Below, one piece after another: positions 11,905 through 21,012 of a stretch of DNA of 64,000 nt (its first letter is position 1; the number at the start of each line of letters is the position of its first letter). Made by a program: the position numbers and the translations under genes. The notes beneath the pieces are model-generated. The model made no database searches and was not told the origin of the DNA. It worked only from the letters and a program-made list of their open reading frames with translations. The stretch spans positions 4,043 through 68,042 of the forward strand of contig JAKCBQ010000005.1 in NCBI GenBank assembly GCA_021839245.1. The letters are read 5' to 3'. Origin of the DNA: Pseudomonadota bacterium (GTDB lineage: Bacteria > Pseudomonadota > Gammaproteobacteria > JAKAQQ01).

Positions 11905-13749
11905 TTGCCGGAGGAAGCCGACGTCATCGTCGTGGGAGGTGGTCACGCGGGGACGGAAGCCGCTTCGGCCGCCGCTCGCTTGGGCTTGCGGACCATTCTC
12001 ATCACGCAAAGTCTCGACACCCTCGGCCAAATGAGTTGCAACCCTGCGGTCGGGGGGGTCGGCAAGGGTCATTTGGTGCGCGAGATCGACGCGCTCGGTG
12101 GGGTGATGGGTTGGGCGGCCGACCGTGCTTGTATCCACGGACGGGTTCTCAATACGCGCAAGGGACCAGCCGTCCAAGCGACACGCCTTCAATGCGATCG
12201 GGTTCTCTACCGGGCTCTTGTGCGCGCTCGGCTGGAATCTCATTCCGAGCTGCGTTTCGTCCAGCAGGGAGTAACAGATCTTCTCCTGGAAGGCGAACGC
12301 TGTACGGGCGTGGTCACCGGTCTCGGGATTCGGCTGAGAGCGCGCACGGTGGTGCTGACCACCGGAACGTTCCTTTTGGGTCGACTTCACGTCGGTCAAT
12401 GGCAGGGCGAAGGCGGACGAGCCGGCGACCCTCCGGCGCAACATCTTGCACGGCGCCTGCGGGAATTGCCTCTGCGGGTGGGCCGACTGAAGACAGGTAC
12501 CCCGCCACGTTTGGACGGTCGGACCATCGATTTTTCGGGTCTCGAGGTCCAACCTGGCGATGAGCCGCCCCCGTGGTTTTCGTTCGACGGACCGCCAAGC
12601 AAGCGCCCACGCCAGGTGTCTTGCCATCTGACCCGAACTCGGACCGAGACGCACGAGATCATCCGTGCCGCCTTGGATCAATCGCCGGTCTACGCGGGTC
12701 GGATTGAGGGGGCCGGTCCGCGATACTGCCCGTCGATCGAGGACAAAGTCGTGCGTTTCGCCGATAAGACAGGCCACCAGATTTTTCTTGAACCCGAGGG
12801 GCTCGAAACCACAGAGATCTACCCCAACGGCGTTTCAACCAGTCTGCCCTACGATGTCCAGTTGGCGTTTCTGCGTACCATTCCCGGACTCGAAAAGGTC
12901 GTTATCACCCGACCGGGCTACGCGGTCGAATACGATTACATGGATCCCCGCGATCTGCATCCTTGGTTGGAGAGTCGGGTGGTCGGCGGATTGTTCTTGG
13001 CCGGCCAGATCAACGGCACGACGGGGTACGAAGAGGCCGCCGCTCAAGGGCTTCTTGCGGGATTGAACGCGGGACGAATGGCCCGCGGACTCTCACCGTG
13101 GTGGCCCGAGCGCGAGCGGGCGTACCTTGGCGTGCTGGTCGACGATCTTCTTACGCAGGGCGCTCCCGAGCCGTACCGGATGTTCACAAGCCGGGCCGAG
13201 TACCGTCTGTGGCTTCGTGAGGATAACGCCGACGAACGGCTCACACCTCAAGGCCGCGAGCTGGGGCTCGTCGATGACGAACGCTGGCGTGTCTTTGTCC
13301 GCAAACAGGAGCGCATCACCGACGCCCTCGAGACTCTCGCGCGTGTGGCGACGCCCTCGGGGGGTTCCCGAACGCCCGTCGAGGTTCTTGCTTCCCCCGA
13401 AAGCGAGTACGAAACTCTTCGTCGGCATTATCCTGACCTGCCGGGCCTTGAGGGTGAAGAAGCGCGCGGCGTCGCCATTCGCCTGCGTTATCGGGGGTAT
13501 CTCGAACGGCAGCGAGCCGAAATCGAACGCTGCCGTGAATTTGCCGCCGAACCTCTCCCGCCGGATCTCGATTACGCCGCGCTGCCCGGGCTGACGAACG
13601 AGGCACGGATCCGGCTTCTCGAACGCCGTCCGCGGACGGTGGGTGAGGCATCTCGGCTGCCCGGCATCACACCGGCGGTCATCACGATTCTCGTCGCGGC
13701 CAGCCGTCGCCGCGCATCTCGAGGCGAACGCCTCACGGTGCGGCCGTGA
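11905..13749 (+). CDS. mnmG: tRNA uridine-5-carboxymethylaminomethyl synthesis enzyme MnmG (GidA)
   Basis: FAD-binding [14 protein letters not shown]. 614 aa. TTG start by the ORF tool, so the exact start is uncertain. Confidence 0.92.
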   Translation: MPEEADVIVVGGGHAGTEAASAAARLGLRTILITQSLDTLGQMSCNPAVGGVGKGHLVREIDALGGVMGWAADRACIHGRVLNTRKGPAVQATRLQCDRVLYRALVRARLESHSELRFVQQGVTDLLLEGERCTGVVTGLGIRLRARTVVLTTGTFLLGRLHVGQWQGEGGRAGDPPAQHLARRLRELPLRVGRLKTGTPPRLDGRTIDFSGLEVQPGDEPPPWFSFDGPPSKRPRQVSCHLTRTRTETHEIIRAALDQSPVYAGRIEGAGPRYCPSIEDKVVRFADKTGHQIFLEPEGLETTEIYPNGVSTSLPYDVQLAFLRTIPGLEKVVITRPGYAVEYDYMDPRDLHPWLESRVVGGLFLAGQINGTTGYEEAAAQGLLAGLNAGRMARGLSPWWPERERAYLGVLVDDLLTQGAPEPYRMFTSRAEYRLWLREDNADERLTPQGRELGLVDDERWRVFVRKQERITDALETLARVATPSGGSRTPVEVLASPESEYETLRRHYPDLPGLEGEEARGVAIRLRYRGYLERQRAEIERCREFAAEPLPPDLDYAALPGLTNEARIRLLERRPRTVGEASRLPGITPAVITILVAASRRRASRGERLTVRP

Positions 13750-14753
13750 CGGCGTTCCCGCCCTCGCCCGATATTCCTCTCGCAACGGGGGATGGGCCAA
13801 CAGCGCCTCGGGTGGACCCTTTTGGAGTGGGGATTGTGGACGCGCATCACGTCAGACCGGGTGTTCTTGCGTGTCATGTTCTGCGCTCTGGGCGTGATCT
13901 CGGTCTTATCGACGTAGGTCCTAACCCTTCGGTGCCACACGTTCTCGCCGGACTGGCCAGTCTTGGTCTTGAGCCCACCGGGGTGACCCACCTTTTTGTG
14001 ACCCATGTCCATCTCGATCACGCCGGGGGTGTCGGCCGGATCCTGTCCGAGCTGCCGCGCGCGCGGGTTTACGTCCACCCTGCGGGTGCCCGGCATTTGG
14101 CACGCCCGCAACGGCTCGAGCAGGCGACGAGGGAGGTTTACGGAGACGCTCGCTACGAGCGTTATTTCGGCGCTCTTATTCCCGTGCCGGAGGAGCGAAT
14201 GACGAGTGTCGCGGACGCGGAAGCCATCGTCTTTGGAGAGACGCGACTGCGTGTTCTGCACACTCTGGGTCATGCGCGGCACCACTACTGTTTGCATGAC
14301 GAGGAGGGCGGTCTCGTCTTTGCCGGGGACAACTTCGGGATCGCCTATCGGGCTCTCGTAACCGAGCAAGGTTCGTTTGCGTTCCCCTCGACAACGCCGA
14401 CTCAGTTTGACCCTGATGAGGCGCGTTTGAGCCTGGAACGTCTTCTGGCCTTGAACCCACGGGCGCTCTATGTCGCGCATTACAGCCGCATCGACGAGCC
14501 CGAGCGTGTGGGCCGGGAATTGGTGGCCGACCTTGCCGCCTACGTCCGCATCGCGCGCGAACACGCTTCGGAACGAGCCGGCTCAGCCCGGACGGAACGC
14601 CTGCGGAACGCTCTTGCGAGCTACACGCTCGGGCGACTGCGTGCGCACCGCTGCGCGCTTTCCGAAGAGACCATCGGCGAGTTGCTTTCCACGGACCTCG
14701 AGCTCAATGCGCTCGGACTGGACCACTGGCTCACACGGCTCGATTCGGAATGA
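13746..14753 (+). CDS. MBL-fold metallo-hydrolase
   Basis: HVHLDHAGG (HxHxDH) metallo-beta-lactamase motif. Start overlaps the mnmG stop. First gene of the inserted block. Confidence 0.7.
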   Translation: MTAFPPSPDIPLATGDGPTAPRVDPFGVGIVDAHHVRPGVLACHVLRSGRDLGLIDVGPNPSVPHVLAGLASLGLEPTGVTHLFVTHVHLDHAGGVGRILSELPRARVYVHPAGARHLARPQRLEQATREVYGDARYERYFGALIPVPEERMTSVADAEAIVFGETRLRVLHTLGHARHHYCLHDEEGGLVFAGDNFGIAYRALVTEQGSFAFPSTTPTQFDPDEARLSLERLLALNPRALYVAHYSRIDEPERVGRELVADLAAYVRIAREHASERAGSARTERLRNALASYTLGRLRAHRCALSEETIGELLSTDLELNALGLDHWLTRLDSE

Positions 14754-15775
14754 ATCTTTCCCTGCCTCCGGGGCGTGCTCTTATACTGAGTCTGGAGGAG
14801 GGAGCCGTGCGAGCGCAGGTGGTGACGCAAACACCGCCCCATCCCGGCGAAGGGGAACTGCTCGTCCGCGTCCTCTATTCGGCCATCAATTACAAGGACG
14901 CCCTTGCGGTGAGTGGGCGGGGTCGGATTCTGCGTCGGAGTCCACTCATCGGAGGCATCGACGCGGTGGGCATCGTCGTGGCAAGTCGTGCTCACGGCTG
15001 GACGCCGGGGACCGTCGTCGTGGCCGCAGGGGGAGGACTCGGGGAAGAGCGGGACGGTGGCTACGCCGATTATCTCTCCGCACCGGCCACCATCCTGACA
15101 CGTGTTCCGGAGGGCTTGAACCCGTTCGAGGCCGCCGCTCTGGGAAGCGCGGGACTCACCGCCGCGCTGGTTCTCGAGCGACTGGAGCAAGCCGGTCTCA
15201 GACCCGAGCAGGGCACGGTGCTCGTTACCGGGGCGAGCGGCGGCGTCGGCAGTTTCGCCATCGATCTCTTCACCCGGGCTGGCTACCACGTGGTTGCCAT
15301 GAGCGGACGGGAGGAACTGCGTGAGTATCTGACAGCTCTTGGAGCAGTGGAGGTCATTGCACCGCCTCAATCCGCTGCGGCTCCGGTCGGTTTGGCTTCG
15401 GCCCGCTGGTCGGCGGCCGTCGACAATGTGGGTGGACAGACGTTGGCCTGGATCCTCGAGCGCATCCGACGTGGGGGCAAGGTGGCCGCCGTCGGGATGG
15501 CGGCGAGCAGCACCGTCACTCTAAGCATCTTCCCCTTGATCCTGCGTCAGGTGGATCTCTTGGGCGTGAATTCGACCGAGGTTGATCACGAGCGACGAGC
15601 CTCCCTCTGGGCGCGTTTGGCCGGCCCATGGCGTCCCAGACATCTCGATCGGATTGCGGCTCGAACTGTCGGTTTTGACGAGATTCCCGGAGCCGTTGAC
15701 GACGTTCTCGAGCGCCGTCACCACGGACGGATTGTCGTTGGCCTCGGAGGCGGTGTCGCAGAGTCCGCGTGTTAG
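14750..15775 (+). CDS. acuI: YhdH/AcuI-family NADPH-dependent acrylyl-CoA reductase / quinone oxidoreductase
   Basis: Aligns throughout with E. coli YhdH (SAINYKDALA, VLVTGASGGVGS, GGKVAAVGMA). MDR superfamily. Confidence 0.75.
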   Translation: MNLSLPPGRALILSLEEGAVRAQVVTQTPPHPGEGELLVRVLYSAINYKDALAVSGRGRILRRSPLIGGIDAVGIVVASRAHGWTPGTVVVAAGGGLGEERDGGYADYLSAPATILTRVPEGLNPFEAAALGSAGLTAALVLERLEQAGLRPEQGTVLVTGASGGVGSFAIDLFTRAGYHVVAMSGREELREYLTALGAVEVIAPPQSAAAPVGLASARWSAAVDNVGGQTLAWILERIRRGGKVAAVGMAASSTVTLSIFPLILRQVDLLGVNSTEVDHERRASLWARLAGPWRPRHLDRIAARTVGFDEIPGAVDDVLERRHHGRIVVGLGGGVAESAC

Positions 15776-15825
15776 AATCTGAGACATTCACCGAGTCCTC
15801 GTGATCGTCTCGTGATCGTCCGCCC

Positions 15826-16731
15826 ATGACGAAGATTCCTTCGCTCCACGATGCGCTTGCCCGGGAGCAACCCTTGCAGGTTGTGGGTGTTGTCAACGCT
15901 TACTGTGCGCTCCTCGCTCGTCGTGCAGGCTTCCGGTCCCTTTATCTCTCGGGGGCCGGAGTGGCGAATGCCGATCTTGGTGTGCCGGATCTCGCGATCA
16001 CCACTCTTCATGATGTTGCGTCCCAAACCGATCGGATCACATCCGCCGTCGATCTGCCGCTGCTGGTGGACGCCGACACCGGCTTTGGGTCCGCGTTCAA
16101 CATCGCCCGCACGGTACGCACGCTTGAGCGGGCGGGGGCCGCAGGGCTTCATCTCGAGGATCAGGTTGCGGCCAAGCGCTGCGGCCACCGGCCCGGCAAA
16201 CGACTGGTGCCGTCCTCGGAAATGGTCGACCGCCTCAAGGCGGCTCTTGACGCACGCGAGAACCGCGCTTTCGTCATCATGGCCCGTACTGACGCGGCGG
16301 CGGTCGAGGGACTCGAGGCCGCGATCGATCGTGCCCGTCTCTACGTCGAGGCGGGGGCCGATATGATCTTCGCTGAGGCGCTCACGGACGAGGCGTCGTA
16401 TGTCCGCTTCACGAGCGCAGTTTCCGTCCCTGTTCTCGCGAACATGACCGAGTTCGGGCGAACGCCCCTCCTTGATTTGGCAACGCTCGGACGCCTCGGC
16501 GTGGCTCTTGCCCTCTATCCGCTCACGGCGTTCCGCGCGATGAGTGCCGCGGCGCAACACACCTATGAGGTGCTTCGTCGGGATGGGCACCAGCGTGCTC
16601 TTCTCAAAGCTATGCAGACACGGGAAGAGCTCTACGAAATCCTGAACTACCACGCCTATGAGCACCGCCTTGATCGTCTTTTTGGGGCTGGGAACGACGG
16701 TGACAGGCCAAACGAGGAGACTATATCGTGA
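15826..16731 (+). CDS. prpB: 2-methylisocitrate lyase
   Basis: ICL/PEPM family with the EDQV..KRCGH catalytic loop (HLEDQVAAKRCGH). Followed by prpC and prpD. Confidence 0.85.
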   Translation: MTKIPSLHDALAREQPLQVVGVVNAYCALLARRAGFRSLYLSGAGVANADLGVPDLAITTLHDVASQTDRITSAVDLPLLVDADTGFGSAFNIARTVRTLERAGAAGLHLEDQVAAKRCGHRPGKRLVPSSEMVDRLKAALDARENRAFVIMARTDAAAVEGLEAAIDRARLYVEAGADMIFAEALTDEASYVRFTSAVSVPVLANMTEFGRTPLLDLATLGRLGVALALYPLTAFRAMSAAAQHTYEVLRRDGHQRALLKAMQTREELYEILNYHAYEHRLDRLFGAGNDGDRPNEETIS

Positions 16732-17852
16732 GCAAAACCTCCATCAAGACCGGCGGTCTCGCCGGCGTGACCGCCGGCGAGACCGCCATTTCGACCGTCG
16801 GTAAGGAAGGTGTCGGACTGACCTACCGTGGTTATGCGATTGAGGAACTTGCGGCTCGTGCATCGTTTGAAGACGTGCTCTATCTCCTTCTCGAAGGGCG
16901 ACTGCCCTCTCACAAGGAGCGCACGGACTACGAGCGGAGACTTGCCGAGGCGGCGCCGTTGCCTGCGTCTCTTGCTTCCGTTCTCGAAAGGATCCCCGCG
17001 TCAACCCATCCGATGGACGTCTTGCGCACCGGCCTCTCCATGCTTGGGTGTCTCGAGCCTGAAAAAGACTTTTCCCAACTGAACGCTTGCGCTATCAGAT
17101 CCGTGGCTCTTGCGCCCGCCATCCTTCTTTACTGGTTTCGTTTTTGCCGCGACGGGAAACGGCTTGATACAACGAAGGGTGCGGGCCGGGTGGCACGACA
17201 TTTCCTGACCCTTCTTCACGACCGCGCCCCCACCAGCGAGCATGAGCGCGCCCTCGACGTATCGCTCATTCTCTACGCCGAACACGAATTCAACGCTTCG
17301 ACTTTCGCCGCGCGTGTGTGTGCCGGCACGCTTTCCGATTACCACTCGTGCATCACCGCCGCGGTCGGGACGCTCCGTGGGCCTCTCCACGGCGGGGCCA
17401 ATGAGGCGGCGATGGAGCTCATCGAACGTTTTGCGACGCCCGAAGAGGCCGCACGCGGCGTCCGTTCAGCCTTGGATCGCAAGGAGAAGATCATGGGGTT
17501 CGGGCATCGCGTCTATCGCGATCACGATCCCCGGCACGCGGTGATCAAGGAATGGTCGCGCCGCCTTGCAGCCGAGGTGGGTGACCGACGCCTTTTCCCC
17601 GTCTCGGAGGCGATTGAGCAGGTCATGTGGGAAGAAAAACGGCTCTTCCCTAATCTTGATTTCTACAGCGCTACGGCCTACCACTTCCTCGGTATTCCCA
17701 CTCCGCTGTTTACCCCGATCTTTGTCTGCTCACGTTTGAGTGGCTGGTCGGCCCACGTCTCCGAACAGCGGGCCAACAACCGTCTCATCAGACCCGATGC
17801 CGCTTATGTGGGGCCGGATCCCCGCCCGTTTCCTGAGGAAACGGAGCGGTGA
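16728..17852 (+). CDS. prpC: 2-methylcitrate synthase
   Basis: Citrate-synthase family (GFGHRVY, LYPNLDFYSA). Overlaps the prpB stop. Confidence 0.85.
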   Translation: MSKTSIKTGGLAGVTAGETAISTVGKEGVGLTYRGYAIEELAARASFEDVLYLLLEGRLPSHKERTDYERRLAEAAPLPASLASVLERIPASTHPMDVLRTGLSMLGCLEPEKDFSQLNACAIRSVALAPAILLYWFRFCRDGKRLDTTKGAGRVARHFLTLLHDRAPTSEHERALDVSLILYAEHEFNASTFAARVCAGTLSDYHSCITAAVGTLRGPLHGGANEAAMELIERFATPEEAARGVRSALDRKEKIMGFGHRVYRDHDPRHAVIKEWSRRLAAEVGDRRLFPVSEAIEQVMWEEKRLFPNLDFYSATAYHFLGIPTPLFTPIFVCSRLSGWSAHVSEQRANNRLIRPDAAYVGPDPRPFPEETER

Positions 17853-19264
17853 ACGTCTCGCCCACCTACGACCCGCTTCTCGTCGAACTCACCCGCTACG
17901 CGCACGGTCCGGAAGCGGGGGGTGAAGAGGCCTTCCGCAACGCACGGATCTCGCTTGGAGACGCTCTGGGTTGCGCCTGGCGGGCGCTGGCTCTCCCCGC
18001 CTGTCGGCGTGTTCTTCCCCCGCTCGGCCCTGTCGGTGCCCCGGCGGACGGACTCCCCGTCCCAGGGCTCCGCGTTTCGCTTGACCCGGTACAGGCGGCG
18101 TTCGCCCTCGGGACGATGGTTCGCTGGCTCGACTACAACGACACCTGGCTGGCCCGCGAATGGGGGCATCCTTCCGACAACCTTGGCGCGCTTTGGGTCG
18201 CAGCCCTCTTATCCTCCCGCGAAAAACGTTCGGCCGTGCCGATGCGCACACTGCTCGCCGCGCTCATCAAAGCCTACGAAATCCAGGGTGTTCTCGCCTT
18301 GGGTACGGCGCTCAATCTTTACGGATTCGATCATGTTTTCTACGTCCGCTTGGCGAGTACGGCCGTCTGCTCGGTGCTGTTGGGCACGGACGAGGAGACG
18401 ACGTTGCGTGCACTTTCGAATGCGGTCGTCGACGGCGCTGCGCTGCGCACCTACCGCCATGCCCCCAATACCGGATCGCGCAAATCCTGGGCCGCGGGCG
18501 ATGCCACGGCGCGCGGACTCTGGCACGTTCTTCTGGCCCGACGGGGAGAAATGGGATATCCCGGAGCGCTGAGCACCTCGACCTGGGGGTTTGAGGATGC
18601 CGTTCTCCGCGGTGAACGTCTCACTCTTCCCAGGGCGCTAAATTCGTATGTCATGGAAAATATCCTCTACAAAGTTTCCTATCCGGCCGAGTTCCACGCG
18701 CAGACGGCTGTGGAGGCGGCGGTGGCCCTTCACGCCGAGATCGGCGGTCGGACGGAAGAGATCGAAAGCATTGAGCTTGAGACTCAGGAAGCCGGTCTGC
18801 GTATCATTCACAAGACCGGTCCTTTGCGCAACCCCGCCGATCGTGACCATTGTCTCGAATACATGGTGGCCGTCGCTCTCCTGCGTGGCACCCTCAGGGT
18901 CGAGGATTATGAGGACGAGCAGGCCCGAGACCCCCGGATCGACACGCTTCGGGCACGGATGACCGTCCGCGAGAATCCGGCGTTCACCCGTGACTATCAC
19001 GACCCCGACAAGCGGACCATCCCCAATGCGGTTCACCTCGTCATGCGCGACGGTCGTCGACACGAACGGCTCATCGCGGCTCCTCTTGGCCACCGCTCGC
19101 GCCGCACGGAAGCCCGTCCTCTTCTGATCGAAAAGTTCCGGCACAACGCCGCCATGGCTTTGCCTCCCGAGCGAGTCGAGCGTCTCGCGGCCCTCTGCTT
19201 TGGTCAAGGAAATGAGCTCGACACGATGACGGTGGAAGACTTCGCCACTCTTCTCACCGCCTAA
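17849..19264 (+). CDS. prpD: 2-methylcitrate dehydratase
   Basis: MmgE/PrpD family, 471 aa. Overlaps the prpC stop. Confidence 0.85.
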   Translation: MNVSPTYDPLLVELTRYAHGPEAGGEEAFRNARISLGDALGCAWRALALPACRRVLPPLGPVGAPADGLPVPGLRVSLDPVQAAFALGTMVRWLDYNDTWLAREWGHPSDNLGALWVAALLSSREKRSAVPMRTLLAALIKAYEIQGVLALGTALNLYGFDHVFYVRLASTAVCSVLLGTDEETTLRALSNAVVDGAALRTYRHAPNTGSRKSWAAGDATARGLWHVLLARRGEMGYPGALSTSTWGFEDAVLRGERLTLPRALNSYVMENILYKVSYPAEFHAQTAVEAAVALHAEIGGRTEEIESIELETQEAGLRIIHKTGPLRNPADRDHCLEYMVAVALLRGTLRVEDYEDEQARDPRIDTLRARMTVRENPAFTRDYHDPDKRTIPNAVHLVMRDGRRHERLIAAPLGHRSRRTEARPLLIEKFRHNAAMALPPERVERLAALCFGQGNELDTMTVEDFATLLTA

Positions 19265-19272
19265 AGGGACCG

Positions 19273-20358
19273 GTGCCGACATTGCGCGGACGGACATCAC
19301 CCGACGAGGCGTTGCGCCGCCTCGAAAAAGTCGGGCTGATTCCACCCGCCATGCTCACGGATGTTCTCGAGCTGCTGCGCGAACGTGCAGCGGGAGGACC
19401 CGTTTATCGTTGGGAAATAAGAGGACAGTCACGTCTGGCCGTTTTCGATCCTCTTCTCGCGGGCGAGACAGCTCGTCCGCGCGTTCATGCTCTTGCTTTT
19501 CCGCGGCCGCATGGGCCGCGCGAACGGCGCTGGGCCTCGTCTTTTGTGGCCGAGTCGGTGCACGGTGGTGGTCTGCGGACCACACGATTGTCCGAGGCGG
19601 CGGAAAGCGCCTGGAATAGCCTTCGTCAAAGCCGTGCACGAGCAAGGCTTCTGGATGATCTTCTTGCCCGCTATAGCCCTGGAGCCCTCCGTCCGCTGGG
19701 GCGCGATCTTCGTGACCACGCTCATCGCCTCACCGTTTTCTGGACGGAGGGGCACGAGGATGAGGAGTCGGTGCGGTTGCTCGGTCGGGCGGTCGCGGGA
19801 GACGAGCTGGCCGCCCGGCTTTACCGTCAGCGTCTGGACGGTATTTCAGGCGCGGCTCACGACAGTGTCCTGTCCCGTCTTGGTGAGACGGATCCAGAGA
19901 CGCTCGATGACGCCGCTCTCTTTTCTGAGATCACCGCCCGTGTGTTCGGGGATCTCCTTGGCGCGATGGGCCGGGTCTTGTGCACTGTCCACCCCGGCGG
20001 CAGCGCGGCGTTGCTCGAACACGTCCTCTCGAACGATCCGCCGTGGTGGATCCATGTGCGTGAGACGACGCACGACTACCGCCTGGGTGTACACCGCTTG
20101 CCCCCAAGGGCCCGAATCTTCATCACTGTGCCGCTTCTGACTGTCGAGGGGACGGAATCTACGGTCTGCGGTCACATGCGCGCCCTTGCTCTCGGTGCCA
20201 ATCTTTGCCCCTCGCTGCTGCTCTTGCTCCAGCATGCCCGTGACCTTGATGATCGTTTGGCGGCGGTTGGTCGCCTCGAGCCAGTTCTGTCCGTACATTT
20301 CATCGAAGCCAACGGCGCCAGCGTTTCGGACACGATGGGCGTTCATGTCCGCCGATAA
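19273..20358 (+). CDS. Hypothetical protein, fourth gene of the prpBCD operon (unknown family)
   Basis: 361-aa ORF starting 9 bp after the prpD stop on the same strand. No motif I can assign. Confidence 0.5.
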   Translation: MPTLRGRTSPDEALRRLEKVGLIPPAMLTDVLELLRERAAGGPVYRWEIRGQSRLAVFDPLLAGETARPRVHALAFPRPHGPRERRWASSFVAESVHGGGLRTTRLSEAAESAWNSLRQSRARARLLDDLLARYSPGALRPLGRDLRDHAHRLTVFWTEGHEDEESVRLLGRAVAGDELAARLYRQRLDGISGAAHDSVLSRLGETDPETLDDAALFSEITARVFGDLLGAMGRVLCTVHPGGSAALLEHVLSNDPPWWIHVRETTHDYRLGVHRLPPRARIFITVPLLTVEGTESTVCGHMRALALGANLCPSLLLLLQHARDLDDRLAAVGRLEPVLSVHFIEANGASVSDTMGVHVRR

Positions 20359-20469
20359 GCCCGTCCTCGTCCAAGGTCACGATCGAGACGGCCAGGAGAA
20401 CATGTCGAGCTTTGCTAGAATGAGCCCGGCGCCCCCGGGCGCTCTTTGAAACCTCTTGGAGATGCACGT

Positions 20470-20904
20470 ATGACTCGTGGCCCACATTCGCGTACGGTCC
20501 TGGCCTTGCTGGGAATGTTGCTGCTTCCGGCGCTTCACGCCACCCCTATGCTTCGGTCCGGACTCTGGCGCTACGACATTCATATTCTCAGCGGTGGTCA
20601 CAACACCAGCACCCATACGCTAGAGCATTGCTACAAGAAGCCCCGACTTCTGAAACCCGACACACCCAAGGGGTGCGAGGCTCCGGCCCTCCATGTCCAA
20701 GGCACAACGGCACGGTGGGTGGTGGCATGCACGCTTGCAAACGGCATGGTTCATATCCGTTCGCGGGGGATCATTACCTATCTCGACAGAGGGAACGCCT
20801 TTCAGGAGTCCTCGGTGAGCCAGATCACAATGCCCACAACAGGAACCCGTGTCTTCCAAGTGCGCATGACTGGGACGCGGCTGGGGGCGTGCCCGAAAGG
20901 GTGA
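20470..20904 (+). CDS. Secreted DUF3617-like protein
   Basis: N-terminal signal peptide (LALLGMLLLPALHA, no lipobox Cys), then a GLW-containing domain that from memory resembles DUF3617 periplasmic proteins. A search is needed. Confidence 0.45.
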   Translation: MTRGPHSRTVLALLGMLLLPALHATPMLRSGLWRYDIHILSGGHNTSTHTLEHCYKKPRLLKPDTPKGCEAPALHVQGTTARWVVACTLANGMVHIRSRGIITYLDRGNAFQESSVSQITMPTTGTRVFQVRMTGTRLGACPKG

Positions 20905-21012
20905 TGGAATGAGGACGATTGCGCTCGGGCACGGCGTGGCTCGTGGCGCGTGCCAGGCCGCTTCGTGGTCCCTGCGTGATGGTGGCCGCCGCGCTCACGG
21001 CTCAGGCACAGC

